A DNA stretch of 64,000 nucleotides from Spirochaetia bacterium (GCA_965203515.1 OZ241907.1:224001-288000); one strand, 5' to 3'. Positions 1-10,205 are shown, counted from the first letter of the stretch. A program made the numbers and translations. Notes: generated from the sequence alone by a model not told the origin.

Positions 1-1
1 G

Positions 2-646
2 TTTCGGCTGGAGGATGCCGGCGCGGAAGCGGCCGCCGGCGCGGCGGGCGGCGCGCCGCCGGCGAACGTCACCGAGCTGCGCTTCGCGCGCGGCGACGGT
101 CACCGGCGCGCCGGCCGGTTGCTGGCGGTGATCGAGCCGGACGGCGCGATCGGGATCGTCAGCGTCCGGGGGCGCGACGAGAGCGCGATCGCCGCGTTTC
201 GGGAAGGCTACGCCGACGGCGGCGGGCGCGCCTCGATCGACCACCGCCGGCTGCAATCCACGCGCGACCGGGGCGAGCTACGCCGGCTGCTGGAAGACCT
301 GGGCGGCAGGGGCATCACCACGGTGTTGCTGCGCGCCGGCCGGCTCACCGCAGACGGGCTGCAGGTCATGCGCGGCGAAGGCATGCGGGCCATCGTCGCG
401 AACTGGGGGCTTGCCGGGGGCCAGGAGCGCAGGCCGCTGGCCGACGTCGTGCTGTGCTCGATCGACGATGACCTGGCCGGAGCGCTGCTCGCGCTCTTTC
501 GCGCGCGGGCCGAGGGGACGACGGACGGGGGAACGGCCGGCGACACCGGCGAGCCGGCGCGGGGCGCCACGATGCTGCGCTGGGGCGGCGCTGCGCCGCT
601 GCCGGATGGCGTTGCCGGATACGTTGACCGGCCGGCCGGGTCCTGA
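2..646 (+). CDS. Hypothetical protein, 5'-partial (possibly periplasmic-binding/BMP-like fold)
   Basis: Frame is open from position 2 (FRLEDAGAEAA...) to TGA at 644-646, followed by TAG. GC3-rich codons. Only weak resemblance to BMP-family C-terminal halves. Confidence 0.55.
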   Translation, partial: FRLEDAGAEAAAGAAGGAPPANVTELRFARGDGHRRAGRLLAVIEPDGAIGIVSVRGRDESAIAAFREGYADGGGRASIDHRRLQSTRDRGELRRLLEDLGGRGITTVLLRAGRLTADGLQVMRGEGMRAIVANWGLAGGQERRPLADVVLCSIDDDLAGALLALFRARAEGTTDGGTAGDTGEPARGATMLRWGGAAPLPDGVAGYVDRPAGS

Positions 647-663
647 TAGCTTGGGCGGTGCGG

Positions 664-735
664 TTCCCGGTTGTGTAATTGGTAGCACCCAAGATTCTGG
701 CTCTTGTTGTGGGGGTTCGAGTCCTCCCCGGGAAG
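664..735 (+). tRNA. tRNA-Gln (anticodon CTG)
   Basis: Cloverleaf: acceptor TTCCCGG(664-670)/CCGGGAA(728-734); D-loop AATTGGTA; anticodon stem CAAGA/TCTTG with loop TT-CTG-GC; T-arm GGGGG-TTCGAGT-CCTCC. CCA is not encoded. Confidence 0.95.
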
Positions 736-814
736 TAGTCTGCCGCAGGCGCTCGGCGTCAGCGTCCGGCCGCCTGCGGCGCACCCGTTCCGCTTCCGCC
801 ATACTGTTGTCGGC

Positions 815-3800
815 ATGAAGCTGGTCGCCGACCTCCACCTGCACTCCCACTACTCGCGCGCCACCAGCAGGGACCTGACGCTTCAGCACCTGTGGAAGTG
901 GGCGCAGCTCAAGGGAGTGCAGGTAGTCGCTACCGGCGACGTCGCCCACCCCGGCTGGCTTGCCGAGGTCCGGGAGAAGCTCGAACCGGCCGAAGAGGGG
1001 CTGTTCCGGCTGCGGCCGGAGTTCACGGAGGCTATGGCGGCGGAGGTGCCCGCGTCCTGCCGCGGAACCGTCCGCTTCCTGATCGGCGGCGAGATCAGCA
1101 ACATCTACAAGAAGCGCGATCGCACCCGCAAGGTGCACAACATCGTCTTCTCCCCCTCGTTCGAGACGACCGCCAACCTCCAGGCGGAACTCGAGAAGAT
1201 CGGCAACATCCGTTCGGACGGACGGCCGATCCTGGGCCTCGACAGCCGCGACCTGCTGGAGATCGTGCTGCAGGCGGATGACCGCTGCCATCTGATCCCG
1301 GCCCACATCTGGACGCCGTGGTTCTCCATCCTGGGCTCCCGGTCCGGCTTCGATTCTGTGGAGGAGTGCTTCGCCGACCTGACGCCCCATATCTTTGCGG
1401 TGGAGACCGGCCTCTCCTCCGATCCGCCGATGAACTGGCGGGTCTCCTGGCTGGACCGCTACACGCTGATCTCCAGCTCGGACGCCCACTCGCCGCCCAA
1501 GCTGGCGCGGGAGGCGACCGCGTTCGACACCGAGCTGAGCTATGACGCGCTGTTCGACGCACTCGCCGGCAGCGGCGCCGACGGGTATCGCGGCACGATC
1601 GAGTTCTTCCCGGAGGAAGGCAAGTACCACCTGGACGGCCATCGCAAGTGCGGAGTCTGCTGGGAACCGGAAACCACGATCGCCCACGGGGGACGCTGCT
1701 CGGCCTGCGGCAAGGCGGTGACGGTCGGCGTCTCCCATCGGACGGAGGAGTTGGCCGACCGCCCGCGCGGCGCGCGTCCGGCTTCGGCCGGCCCCTTCGC
1801 GCGGCTCATTCCCCTGCCGGAAGCGCTCGCCGAGATGATGGGCGCCGGCCCCAACTCCAAACGCGTGCAGGCGGAGTACTTCCGGCTCCTGCAGCGGCTC
1901 GGGCCGGAGCTGACGATCCTCCGGGACCTCCCGCTGGAGGAGATCGCCGCGGCCGGAGATGCGTTGCTGGCGGAGGGCATCCGGCGGATGCGCGCCGGCG
2001 AGGTGCGGACCCGGGGCGGTTATGACGGCGAGTACGGCGTCATCCATCTGTTCGACGGAGAGGCTGACCGGGCGTCCGTATTCCAGCTCGGCATGTTCGC
2101 CCCCGAAACGCCGGCGGCTCCCGAAACGCCGGCCGCCGCCGGACCGCATACGGCCGCCGGCGCGACCCGACGGGACCGCCCGGTGCCCGACGGCGTCACG
2201 CAACGGCCCCCGTTCGAAGCGCGCCGCAGCGGCCCTGCCCGCGCCGGACCGCCGCCGCGGACGGATGAATCGATCGCCGGCCTCAACCCCTCGCAGCGGG
2301 CGGCCGTGATCGATACCGACGGCCCGCTGGCGATCGTCGCCGGACCCGGCACCGGCAAGACGCGCACGCTCACCGCCCGTATCGCGTATCTGGTCGAGCG
2401 TCTGCGCGTGCCGCCCGCATCGGTGCTGGCGCTCACCTTCACCAACGCAGCGGCCCGCGAAATGCGCGAACGGCTGGCCCGGATGCTCGGCGACGACCGG
2501 ACGGACCGGATCGCCGTCGGCACCTTCCATCAGCTCGGCGCCGCGGTGCTCCGGGAGTTCGGCGTGGCGGCCGGCATCGGCGACTCGTTCGCGATCGCCG
2601 ACGAACAGGACCGGCGGGAGCTGCTGAAGCGGAGCGTCCCCGGCATGTCCGCCGCGGACCTCCGTCGGTGCCTGGAGGCGATCTCGATCGGCAAGAACCT
2701 GTTGGCCGAGGAGCCGGCGGGCGTGCGGGCCGCCGGCGCTGGCGCGGTGCGCGGACCGGACTTGGCCGAGATACGGGACCGGTATCACGCCGCGCTCGTG
2801 GCGGCCGGCGCGCTCGACTTCGATGATCTGATCTATCGCACGGTGCGACTGCTGGAGACCGATCCCGCCGTCCTGCAGACCCTGCAGGGGCGGTTCCGCT
2901 GGATCTCGGTCGACGAGTATCAGGACGTGAATCCCGCCCAGCACCGCCTGCTGCGGCTGCTGGCTTCGGGCGGCGCGAATCTGTGCGTCATCGGCGATCC
3001 GAACCAGGCGATCTACGGCTTTCGCGGCGCGGACCACCGCTACTTCCTGTCGTTCGCAGGCGACTTTCCGGGCGCCCGACAACTCCGCCTGGACCGCAAC
3101 TATCGCTCTCCGCAGGCGATCCTGGACGCCGCCGCGCAGGTGATCGCACGCGGCCCCGAGCACGGCGATGCATCGCTGATCGCCGATCTCGCCGAGCAGG
3201 TGAAGGTCGACGTGCATCGCGCCTCCACGGAACGGGCGGAGGCCGAGTTCGTGGTCCATCAGGTGGAGCGGATGGTGGGCGGCACCAGCTATTTCTCGCT
3301 CGACTCCGGCCGCGTGGATGACGGCGACGTGGATGTCGGCAACGCGGCGGCGCACTTGGCGTTCGGGGACTTCGCCGTGCTGTATCGGCTCAACGTCCAG
3401 GCCGGGCCGCTGGAGGAGGCGTTCGATCGTTCCGGCATCCCGTACCAGACCACGGGAGGGGCCGCCGCGGCGGAACAGCGGCCGATGCGGGCGATCCTCT
3501 CCCTGCTGTGGCTGACGCTGGCGCCCGACAGCGCCCTGCATCGCCGGCGGGTCGTCCCGGACGGCGCCGGCGCACGGGGCGAAGCGGCGGCGATGGAGCT
3601 TGCGTCGCGGCTCTCGCCGCCGGCCGGAGCGGTTCCGGCCGGTACGGTAGTACCGGTCGCGGAGCGCGTCCGGGCCGCGGCCGCAGGTTGGGCCGAGCTG
3701 CGCGGCACGGATTACGACGCTGCCGAACAGGAACGGATCGCCCGCCTGCAGCGCGCCGCCGGTCCCTTCGGCTGCCGCCTGCGGGACTTCCTGACCGCGA

Positions 3801-4210
3801 TGGCGCTGCAGACCGAGGCCGACCGGTACGATCGGCGCGCCGATCGGGTGACGCTGATGAGCCTGCATGCGGCCAAGGGCCTGGAGTTTCCGGTAGTGTT
3901 CATCGTCGGCTGCGAAGAGGGGCTGCTACCGTACCGGACGCCGCACCGGGACACCGACTTGGCTGAGGAACGGCGGCTCTTCTACGTCGGCATGACCCGC
4001 GCCCGGCGGCGACTGATCCTGACCCACGCGGCGCGCCGCCTGCTGTTCGGTCGAACCATGGAACACCGCCTGTCCGGCTTCGTCGAGGATATCGAGACGG
4101 CCCTCCGCGAAGCGAGCGCGGCGGCCCGACGCCGCCGGTCAGCAGCGCCGACCGGCGACCGGCAGCTACCGCTGTTTTCCGGGGTCGAAGTGAAAGGAGG
4201 ATCGAGATGA
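815..4210 (+). CDS. Endonuclease Q-like PHP domain fused to UvrD/PcrA-family SF1 helicase
   Basis: N-terminal DLHLHSHYSRATS, HIWTPW, SSDAHS and CxxC..CxxC (PHP/EndoQ, TIGR00375-like). C-terminal AGPGTGKT, DEYQD, GDPNQAIYGFRGA, NYRS, SLHAAKGLEF, EERRLFYVGMTRA. Start is ATG 815; the ORF-track start lies inside the tRNA. Confidence 0.9.
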   Translation: MKLVADLHLHSHYSRATSRDLTLQHLWKWAQLKGVQVVATGDVAHPGWLAEVREKLEPAEEGLFRLRPEFTEAMAAEVPASCRGTVRFLIGGEISNIYKKRDRTRKVHNIVFSPSFETTANLQAELEKIGNIRSDGRPILGLDSRDLLEIVLQADDRCHLIPAHIWTPWFSILGSRSGFDSVEECFADLTPHIFAVETGLSSDPPMNWRVSWLDRYTLISSSDAHSPPKLAREATAFDTELSYDALFDALAGSGADGYRGTIEFFPEEGKYHLDGHRKCGVCWEPETTIAHGGRCSACGKAVTVGVSHRTEELADRPRGARPASAGPFARLIPLPEALAEMMGAGPNSKRVQAEYFRLLQRLGPELTILRDLPLEEIAAAGDALLAEGIRRMRAGEVRTRGGYDGEYGVIHLFDGEADRASVFQLGMFAPETPAAPETPAAAGPHTAAGATRRDRPVPDGVTQRPPFEARRSGPARAGPPPRTDESIAGLNPSQRAAVIDTDGPLAIVAGPGTGKTRTLTARIAYLVERLRVPPASVLALTFTNAAAREMRERLARMLGDDRTDRIAVGTFHQLGAAVLREFGVAAGIGDSFAIADEQDRRELLKRSVPGMSAADLRRCLEAISIGKNLLAEEPAGVRAAGAGAVRGPDLAEIRDRYHAALVAAGALDFDDLIYRTVRLLETDPAVLQTLQGRFRWISVDEYQDVNPAQHRLLRLLASGGANLCVIGDPNQAIYGFRGADHRYFLSFAGDFPGARQLRLDRNYRSPQAILDAAAQVIARGPEHGDASLIADLAEQVKVDVHRASTERAEAEFVVHQVERMVGGTSYFSLDSGRVDDGDVDVGNAAAHLAFGDFAVLYRLNVQAGPLEEAFDRSGIPYQTTGGAAAAEQRPMRAILSLLWLTLAPDSALHRRRVVPDGAGARGEAAAMELASRLSPPAGAVPAGTVVPVAERVRAAAAGWAELRGTDYDAAEQERIARLQRAAGPFGCRLRDFLTAMALQTEADRYDRRADRVTLMSLHAAKGLEFPVVFIVGCEEGLLPYRTPHRDTDLAEERRLFYVGMTRARRRLILTHAARRLLFGRTMEHRLSGFVEDIETALREASAAARRRRSAAPTGDRQLPLFSGVEVKGGSR

Positions 4211-4998
4211 GTGAAATCGCCGGCTACGACGTCGATCGCCTGATCGCGGAGTTCCGGGTCAACGGGTTCGTGGTCTTTGGCGGATTGATCGCGCAGGCCA
4301 CGCTCGACCGCATCCAGGAGGCATGGACGCCGATCCGCGATGCCGGTATCGAACGACAGGGCCCCAACCCCGCGCGCGGCTGGGGCCGACACAACGTGCG
4401 CGTCCCGTTCCGCCGCCCGTTCGTGGAGCCGGACATCTTCGAGCATCCGGCGTTGGTGGCGTTTCTCGAAGCGGTCCTGGGCAAGGACTACGTCTGGCCC
4501 CACTTCGACAGCAACATTCCGCTGCCGGGCACCGACTACCAGCGCTGGCATCGCGACGGCATGAGCTCCCCGTTTCCGGGCATACGGACGCCGACCTACC
4601 AAGTCGGCGTCAAGTTCCCCCTCGTCGACACCAGCGAGGAGAACGGCAGCTTCGAGGTGATCCCGTGCACGCAGTATGTGGGGGATGACGAGCTGCCGGA
4701 GGAGCTGGACGACCTGCTGGGGCGCGGACCTAACGACGGGAGCACGTTCCGGTCGCGCCGGCTCGACCTCAAGCGGGGCGCGCTGTGGGTGCACGACAAT
4801 CGCGTGCTGCATCGCGGCACCCCGAACCGGTCGAACCGTCCTCGCGATGAGCTCTGCATGGCGATGAGTCGTCCCTGGGTCTTCAACGCCTGGCAACACG
4901 AGTTCACGAAGGGGCACTTCCCCCGCGAGCTGTGGGAATCGCTGCCGGATCACGCGCGGCAGGTGCTGCGCCGGCAACGACTGGCCGAGGAGCGCTGA
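4207..4998 (+). CDS. PhyH-family Fe(II)/2OG dioxygenase
   Basis: F..NGFVV, WHRD, distal LHRGTPN..R. SD AAGGAGG; ATGA overlap with the upstream gene. Confidence 0.85.
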   Translation: MSEIAGYDVDRLIAEFRVNGFVVFGGLIAQATLDRIQEAWTPIRDAGIERQGPNPARGWGRHNVRVPFRRPFVEPDIFEHPALVAFLEAVLGKDYVWPHFDSNIPLPGTDYQRWHRDGMSSPFPGIRTPTYQVGVKFPLVDTSEENGSFEVIPCTQYVGDDELPEELDDLLGRGPNDGSTFRSRRLDLKRGALWVHDNRVLHRGTPNRSNRPRDELCMAMSRPWVFNAWQHEFTKGHFPRELWESLPDHARQVLRRQRLAEER

Positions 4999-5000
4999 AC

Positions 5001-5480
5001 GTGAAGCGCAAGCGTCTCTATCTGGCAAATCCGTACGGGTTCTCAGCACAGCAACGCGGAGGGCCGCTGGCCGAGCTGGTCGAGGCGCTGGACGCCGCGG
5101 GGGCGGAGGTGTGGGAACCGTTCGCCCGCAACAACCAGATCGACCGCAGCCGGCCCGGCTGGGCGTACCGGATCGGGCAGGCCGACCTGCGCGACGTGCG
5201 CGATGCGGACGGGCTGTTCGCGGTGGTCAACGGCTGTCCGCCGGACGAGGGGGTCATGGTCGAGCTGGGGCTGGCGATCGCCTGGGAGAAGCCGGTGTTC
5301 CTGTTTCGGGACGACTTCCGGCGCTGCACCGACAGCGAGGTCTACCCGCTCAACCTGATGCTCTTTACCGGTCTGCCGGAGGCGGAGGCGGACTGGAAGG
5401 CGTACTGGTACGAGTCGGTGGCGGAGATCGCCGACCCGGACAAGGCGCTGGCCCGATGGCTCTGCTCGCGCCATGCGTGA
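5001..5480 (+). CDS. Nucleoside 2-deoxyribosyltransferase / nucleotide N-hydrolase family protein
   Basis: YLANPYGFS, WEPF, D..DVRDADGLFAVVNG, DEGVMVELG.A.AW.KPVF. GTG start 2 nt after the upstream stop. Confidence 0.85.
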   Translation: MKRKRLYLANPYGFSAQQRGGPLAELVEALDAAGAEVWEPFARNNQIDRSRPGWAYRIGQADLRDVRDADGLFAVVNGCPPDEGVMVELGLAIAWEKPVFLFRDDFRRCTDSEVYPLNLMLFTGLPEAEADWKAYWYESVAEIADPDKALARWLCSRHA

Positions 5481-6570
5481 ACCGATCCTGCGCGCCGGAC
5501 CCCACCGCCGCGCCTGGTGTCCGGCCTGGTTCGACGCGCCGCCCGGCGCCGCGCCGCCCGCCTGTCAGGCAGCCGGCGGCCGGGCCGCCTGCATCGTGGC
5601 CGAGCTCGAGGCCGGCGTCGAGCGGGCGCTCGACGAACGCGACCGGCCGGCGGCGAGCGGCGTGGCGGTCGATGAGCGGGAAGGCGCGCTGGCCGTCTCG
5701 GTCGGCGGCGTGCCGTGGTGCCGCTATCGGTACCGGCCCGGGGAGGTGCGCCCGGTGCTGCACCCGATCGCCGGCCCGCACGGCATCCCCATGACCCGCG
5801 CGTGGCCGCTCGCCGGCGGCGTCGCGGGCGAGGAGACCGATCACGTGCACCACCGCTCCTGCTGGGTCGCGCACGGCTTGGTGAACGGCGTCGATTTCTG
5901 GAGCGAGGCCGATGGCCATGGCGTCCAGGTGCGCGTGGCGCTCGACGCGGTCGAAAGCGGTCCGGTGTTCGGCCGGATCGTCGAACGCCTCCGCTGGGAG
6001 GACGCGGCCGGCCAGCCGGTCGTCGACGAGCGGCGCGCGCTGATCTTCTGGAACACGCCGGAGCGGTTGCGGATGATCGACGTCTCCGTCCGCTTGCGGG
6101 CCGCGCACGGCGCGGTGCTGTTCGGCGATACCAAGGAGGGCGGCATCGTCGCGCTGCGCGTGCCGGAGGCGATCAAGGAGGCGCGCGGCGGCATCATCGT
6201 CAACGGGGCCGGCGGCGTCGGGGAGCGTGAGTGTTGGGGGCAGCGCGCCCCGTGGGTCGACTGCTCCGGTACGCTCCCCGACCCGCAGGGCCGGCCCCGC
6301 ACGGTCGGCGTCGCGGTGCTCGATCACCCGCGCAATCCGCACTACCCGACCTTCTGGCACGTGCGCGCCTACGGTCTGCTGGCGGCCAATCCGTTCGGGC
6401 TGTCGTACTACCGCAGCAGCTATCGGCAACGGGGAGACTGGACCCTGGATGCCGGAGCGGAGGCGACCTTCCGCTACCGCATCGTCCTGCATGCCGGCGA
6501 CGCCGTGCAGGCGGCGATCCGCGACCGGTTCGTCGACTGGGCCTGGCCGCCGCAGGTCCTACCGCGCTAG
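5473..6570 (+). CDS. PmoA-like (DUF6807-type) family protein
   Basis: RPVLHP, DHVHHRS.W..HG.VNG.DFW, FGDTKEGG, DHP.N..YPT.WH.R.YGL..ANPFG. 8-nt overlap with the upstream gene. Confidence 0.7.
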   Translation: MREPILRAGPHRRAWCPAWFDAPPGAAPPACQAAGGRAACIVAELEAGVERALDERDRPAASGVAVDEREGALAVSVGGVPWCRYRYRPGEVRPVLHPIAGPHGIPMTRAWPLAGGVAGEETDHVHHRSCWVAHGLVNGVDFWSEADGHGVQVRVALDAVESGPVFGRIVERLRWEDAAGQPVVDERRALIFWNTPERLRMIDVSVRLRAAHGAVLFGDTKEGGIVALRVPEAIKEARGGIIVNGAGGVGERECWGQRAPWVDCSGTLPDPQGRPRTVGVAVLDHPRNPHYPTFWHVRAYGLLAANPFGLSYYRSSYRQRGDWTLDAGAEATFRYRIVLHAGDAVQAAIRDRFVDWAWPPQVLPR

Positions 6571-6576
6571 GCTAGG

Positions 6577-7656
6577 CTAGGCGCCCGGCGGGGACGCATC
6601 GCCGCCCGCCGCGTCCATGCCGCCAGCGTCGTAGCGCACGGCCAGCTTGATGCCGGCGCCGGGGTTCCGGTCGATCTCCCGATACGCGTCCGCGCTGCGC
6701 TCGAACGGAACGATCGGGTCGAGCACGCCGTCGGCCCGCAGCCGGCCTGCGGCCAGCAGGTCGACCGCTTGCCGGTGCAGGCGCTCGCTGGTCCAGCGCG
6801 GATGGGCCCGCAACGGGGCGTTGACGTCCCGGCTGGAGATCAGGGTGAGCTGATTGCGGTGCCACTCCCCCTGCAGGTGCAGGGCGCCGGCGGTGCCGGT
6901 GTAATAGGCGATGGAGGCGACGGTGCCGCCGTACGCGGTCGCCCGCAGGGCGTCATGCAGGCCGGCGTAACTGCCGGACGCTTCGATGCTCACGTCCACG
7001 CCCCGGCTGCCGGAGCGCTGCTTGACGATCGACCCGGCATCGTCGGCCGCCGGATCGATGACCAGATCGGCGCCGTGCGCGGCCGCCAGCGCCCGCCGTT
7101 TGGCGAACGGATCGGAGCACGCCACCCAGCTCGCGCCCTGCAGGCGGGCGAGCTGCGCGGCCATCAGTCCGATCGCGCCCAAGCCGGTGACCAGCACGCG
7201 GTCGCCGAGGCGGATGCCGGAGTCGTGGATGCCGCAGAGCGCCACGGATGCGGGGTCCCAGCATAGCAGCGCTTCCGGGGCGGCGCCGGCCGGCACCGGC
7301 TGCAGCGACTCCTCGGCGACGGTGTGGGTCTCGCGGATCGGCAGCGGGCCGAATACCAGATCGCCCGGCCGGAAGCGGTCCGCCCCCGCGCCGGTCCGCA
7401 CTACCCGCGCCACCCCCTGGTTGCCGAGCGGACGCGGAAACGCCGCGGGCCGCTCGCCGGGCACGTGCAGGCGCAGCTCACGGTCGAACGGCGCCGTCGC
7501 ATCGCGGGTGTCGGCCCGGAACGCGCGCAGCTCGGTGCCGTGCTTGACGACCGAAAGCAGACTGCGCAGGCGCACCTGGCCGGCGCCGAGGTCCGGTTCC
7601 CGATACTCCACCAGGGCGGGCGTACGCGGGGCGGCGGCGATCAGCTCGCGCGGCAT
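6577..7656 (-). CDS. MDR-family (zinc-binding alcohol dehydrogenase-like) oxidoreductase
   Basis: KHGTE, Rossmann GLGAIG, GVDVSIEASG. Confidence 0.85.
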   Translation of the reverse strand: MPRELIAAAPRTPALVEYREPDLGAGQVRLRSLLSVVKHGTELRAFRADTRDATAPFDRELRLHVPGERPAAFPRPLGNQGVARVVRTGAGADRFRPGDLVFGPLPIRETHTVAEESLQPVPAGAAPEALLCWDPASVALCGIHDSGIRLGDRVLVTGLGAIGLMAAQLARLQGASWVACSDPFAKRRALAAAHGADLVIDPAADDAGSIVKQRSGSRGVDVSIEASGSYAGLHDALRATAYGGTVASIAYYTGTAGALHLQGEWHRNQLTLISSRDVNAPLRAHPRWTSERLHRQAVDLLAAGRLRADGVLDPIVPFERSADAYREIDRNPGAGIKLAVRYDAGGMDAAGGDASPPGA

Positions 7657-7759
7657 GGTCAGACGCGGCGATCATAGCCGATGATGAGCGGCGGCATACC
7701 AGGCCGCCGCTGCCGGACGACCGGCTGCACTGCGCCGGGTGACGCACGGGAGGTGAACA

Positions 7760-9037
7760 ATGAGGAGTCGAGCGAGCATGACCGGCCTGCTGCTGGCGGC
7801 GGTTCTCCTGGTGGCCGGCGCGATCGGCGCCTACGGCCAACAGGAAGCGTCTGGGCCGTTGCGGATCGGGCTGCTGCTGAACTTCGAAGGGGACGGAGAC
7901 CAGGATCTGCGGGCGGCGTTCGATCTGGCGGTCGAGCATCTGAACGAGGGCGGCGGCGTGCTCGGCCAACCGGTGGAGGTGTCGACCGGCGATTCCACGG
8001 TGGATCCGGCCGTGGCGGTAGCGGAAGCGCGCCGTCTGGTCGAGGCCGAGGGCGTTCACGTCCTGGTCGGCCCCGGCACCAGCGCCACCACCATCCCGGT
8101 CGCGGCGCGCGTGACCGGCCCGGCCGGCATTCCGACCATCAGCCCATCGGCCACCTCGCCCCGGCTGACGGCGGTCGATGACCGCGACTTCCTGTTCCGC
8201 ACCGCCCTGTCCGACAGCGCGCAGGGTCCCGTCCTGGCGCGCGTCACCCGCGAGCGCGGGTTCGACAACGTCGCGCTGATCTACCGCGACGACCCCTGGG
8301 GGAGGGGGCTGGCCCAAGCGTTCGCCGCCGCCTGGACCGGAACGGTGGTGTCCGGCTTGGAGCGCGGCGTCCTGGCAGGAAACGGCGCCCGGATCATGGT
8401 CGTCCCGATCGACGCGGCGCAGACGACCTACCTGACCGAACTGCATGAGAGCGCGGCCTCGGGCGCGCAGGCGCTGGTGGTGGCCACCTTCGTGTCCGAA
8501 GGGGTGATCCTGGTCCGGGAGGCGATCGAGCAGGGGCTCTACGAACGGTTCGTATTCAGCGATGCGCTCAAGGACCTGGCCGTGGTACGGGAGATCGGGG
8601 TCGAGCGCGTGGCCGGCGCGTACGGGGTGGCCGCCGCGGCCGATCCGGGGAGCGCCGCTTCGGCCGCGTGGGAAGCGGCCTACCGGGAGAAGTATGGCGA
8701 GCTGCCGGTGCTGGCCTACGTCAAGGAGATATACGACGCAACCATCGCCCTGGGGCTGGCCGCGCAAGCGGCCGGCAGCACCGGCGGCGCGGCGATCCGC
8801 GACCGGCTGCGCGCCGTCGGCAGCGGGCCCGGCACGGTGGTGACCGCCGGTCCGGACGGGGTCGCCGAAGCGCTGCGCATTCTGGCCGCCGGCGGAGCGG
8901 TCGACTATGAAGGCGCTGCGGCCACCCTGGACTGGGACGCGAACGGCGACCTGCGCCGGGGCCACGTCGGCGTCTGGCGCTTCACGGCCGACGGGCAGAT
9001 CGAAGACCTGGACGTCGTGCCGTTCGGATACGAGTAG
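7760..9037 (+). CDS. Branched-chain amino acid-type ABC substrate-binding protein (orphan)
   Basis: Signal peptide, N.GGGVLG, ISPSATSP.L, FRTA.SD..QG, YDAT. SD GGAGG. No permease or ATPase adjacent. Confidence 0.85.
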   Translation: MRSRASMTGLLLAAVLLVAGAIGAYGQQEASGPLRIGLLLNFEGDGDQDLRAAFDLAVEHLNEGGGVLGQPVEVSTGDSTVDPAVAVAEARRLVEAEGVHVLVGPGTSATTIPVAARVTGPAGIPTISPSATSPRLTAVDDRDFLFRTALSDSAQGPVLARVTRERGFDNVALIYRDDPWGRGLAQAFAAAWTGTVVSGLERGVLAGNGARIMVVPIDAAQTTYLTELHESAASGAQALVVATFVSEGVILVREAIEQGLYERFVFSDALKDLAVVREIGVERVAGAYGVAAAADPGSAASAAWEAAYREKYGELPVLAYVKEIYDATIALGLAAQAAGSTGGAAIRDRLRAVGSGPGTVVTAGPDGVAEALRILAAGGAVDYEGAAATLDWDANGDLRRGHVGVWRFTADGQIEDLDVVPFGYE

Positions 9038-9059
9038 GCGCGCCGCGTCCGACGAGCGG

Positions 9060-10205
9060 TCAGACCGGAAGGTCGGTTCGGTGGGCGGCGGCCAGGCGGC
9101 GGGCGGCGGCGTCCGGCACCCCGGCCTGCGCGGCGAACTCGGGCCAGTGCCGCACGGCGTCCTGGACTTGGGAAAGGATGTCGGCGGCGCGGCCCCGACG
9201 CATGGCGGCGTTGCGGGCGCAGGCAGCGAAGTCGCCGGCGGCGAAGCCTTCGCGTTTGCCGTTCAGCGTCATCTGGTGCGCGCCGGTCCACCGCCCCGCC
9301 GGGTTGTAGCTGTAGGTGATGTCGAACGCCGGCGCCAGCGACCAGCCTCCCGACCGATCCATCAGGAAGGCGATGTTCTTGACGTGATCATCCTGATTGC
9401 GCGCCACGACGTTGAACGCCATGCGCCGAAACTGCTCTTCCACCGCCGGCTTGCCAAGATCGAGCTGCTCGATCACGCGGAGCGCCTGTTCGTAGGAGTT
9501 CGCTCCGGGTCGATTGAAGTCGTAGTGGGCCAGCGCGCCCAATGACTGCATGTGAATCTTGTCGCCCGCGGCCGTGCGGTCGAACCGGCGGGTCATGAAG
9601 TGATTGCGCCCGCCTTCGCTCAGGATCCGGCATTCGGCCATGGTGATGCCCGCGGCCTGCGCCATGCGGTGATAGGCGTATTCGATCAGCCCATAGCCGC
9701 GCGGATCATCGAGCTCGCGGTCGCGGTTGCCCGCTACGCCGTCGAACTTCAGGAGCCAACAGGAAAATCCGTCGCCCGCGGTGATCTGCCCGGAACGCAC
9801 CTCGCCGGTCGCGGGGTTCCAGGCGATGATCGCCTTGGCGCGGGCGCCGCCGGCCGACGTGCCCACGCGCAGGATGCTCTGCAGCGCCTGTTGCCTCTGC
9901 GGCGCACGGCGCTGCGCCGCACGGAACGATCCGGTGAACGCGCCGCGACGGGTCAGTATCTCGCTGGCCAGCTCGACCAGGGCGGCCACCTCCACGGCGG
10001 ACTGGCGGTGCTCCGGCCCGGTGGCGGGGACGAACTCCAGCGCCCCCATGCCGCGCGCGCCGACGTAGCAGAGCCGTTCCACCGAGTTGAAGTCGCCGGG
10101 ACTGCGGCCCTGAGCGGCCAGCCAGGCGTCGATGACGGCATTGCCGAACCGGTCCGGGAGCGAGTCGGCCAGCAGTCCCGGCAGCCCGTGGAACGTCTCC
10201 CGCCG
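9060..10205 (-). pseudogene. hipA: HipA-family kinase toxin, 5'-truncated
   Basis: Frame reads RETFHGLPGLLADSLPDRFGN...SAGGARAK, WLLKFD, NQDDHVKN, LAPAFD. Homology is lost above ~10205, there is an in-frame TAG at 10257-10259, and no start codon lies between it and GTG 10082. No hipB seen. Confidence 0.8.

Noticed and set aside
664..735. tRNA-Gln as an island integration site
   Set aside because: No integrase and no repeat of the tRNA 3' end seen in the window (by eye).
278..3868. Very long antisense or alternate-frame ORFs (also 43452-47396, 35136-37715, 19721-21715, 62399-63952 and others)
   Set aside because: Shadows of real genes caused by stop-codon scarcity at high GC3; no recognisable motifs.
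5473..6570. Particulate methane monooxygenase
   Set aside because: Soluble PmoA-named family protein; no transmembrane helices and no pmoB/pmoC.
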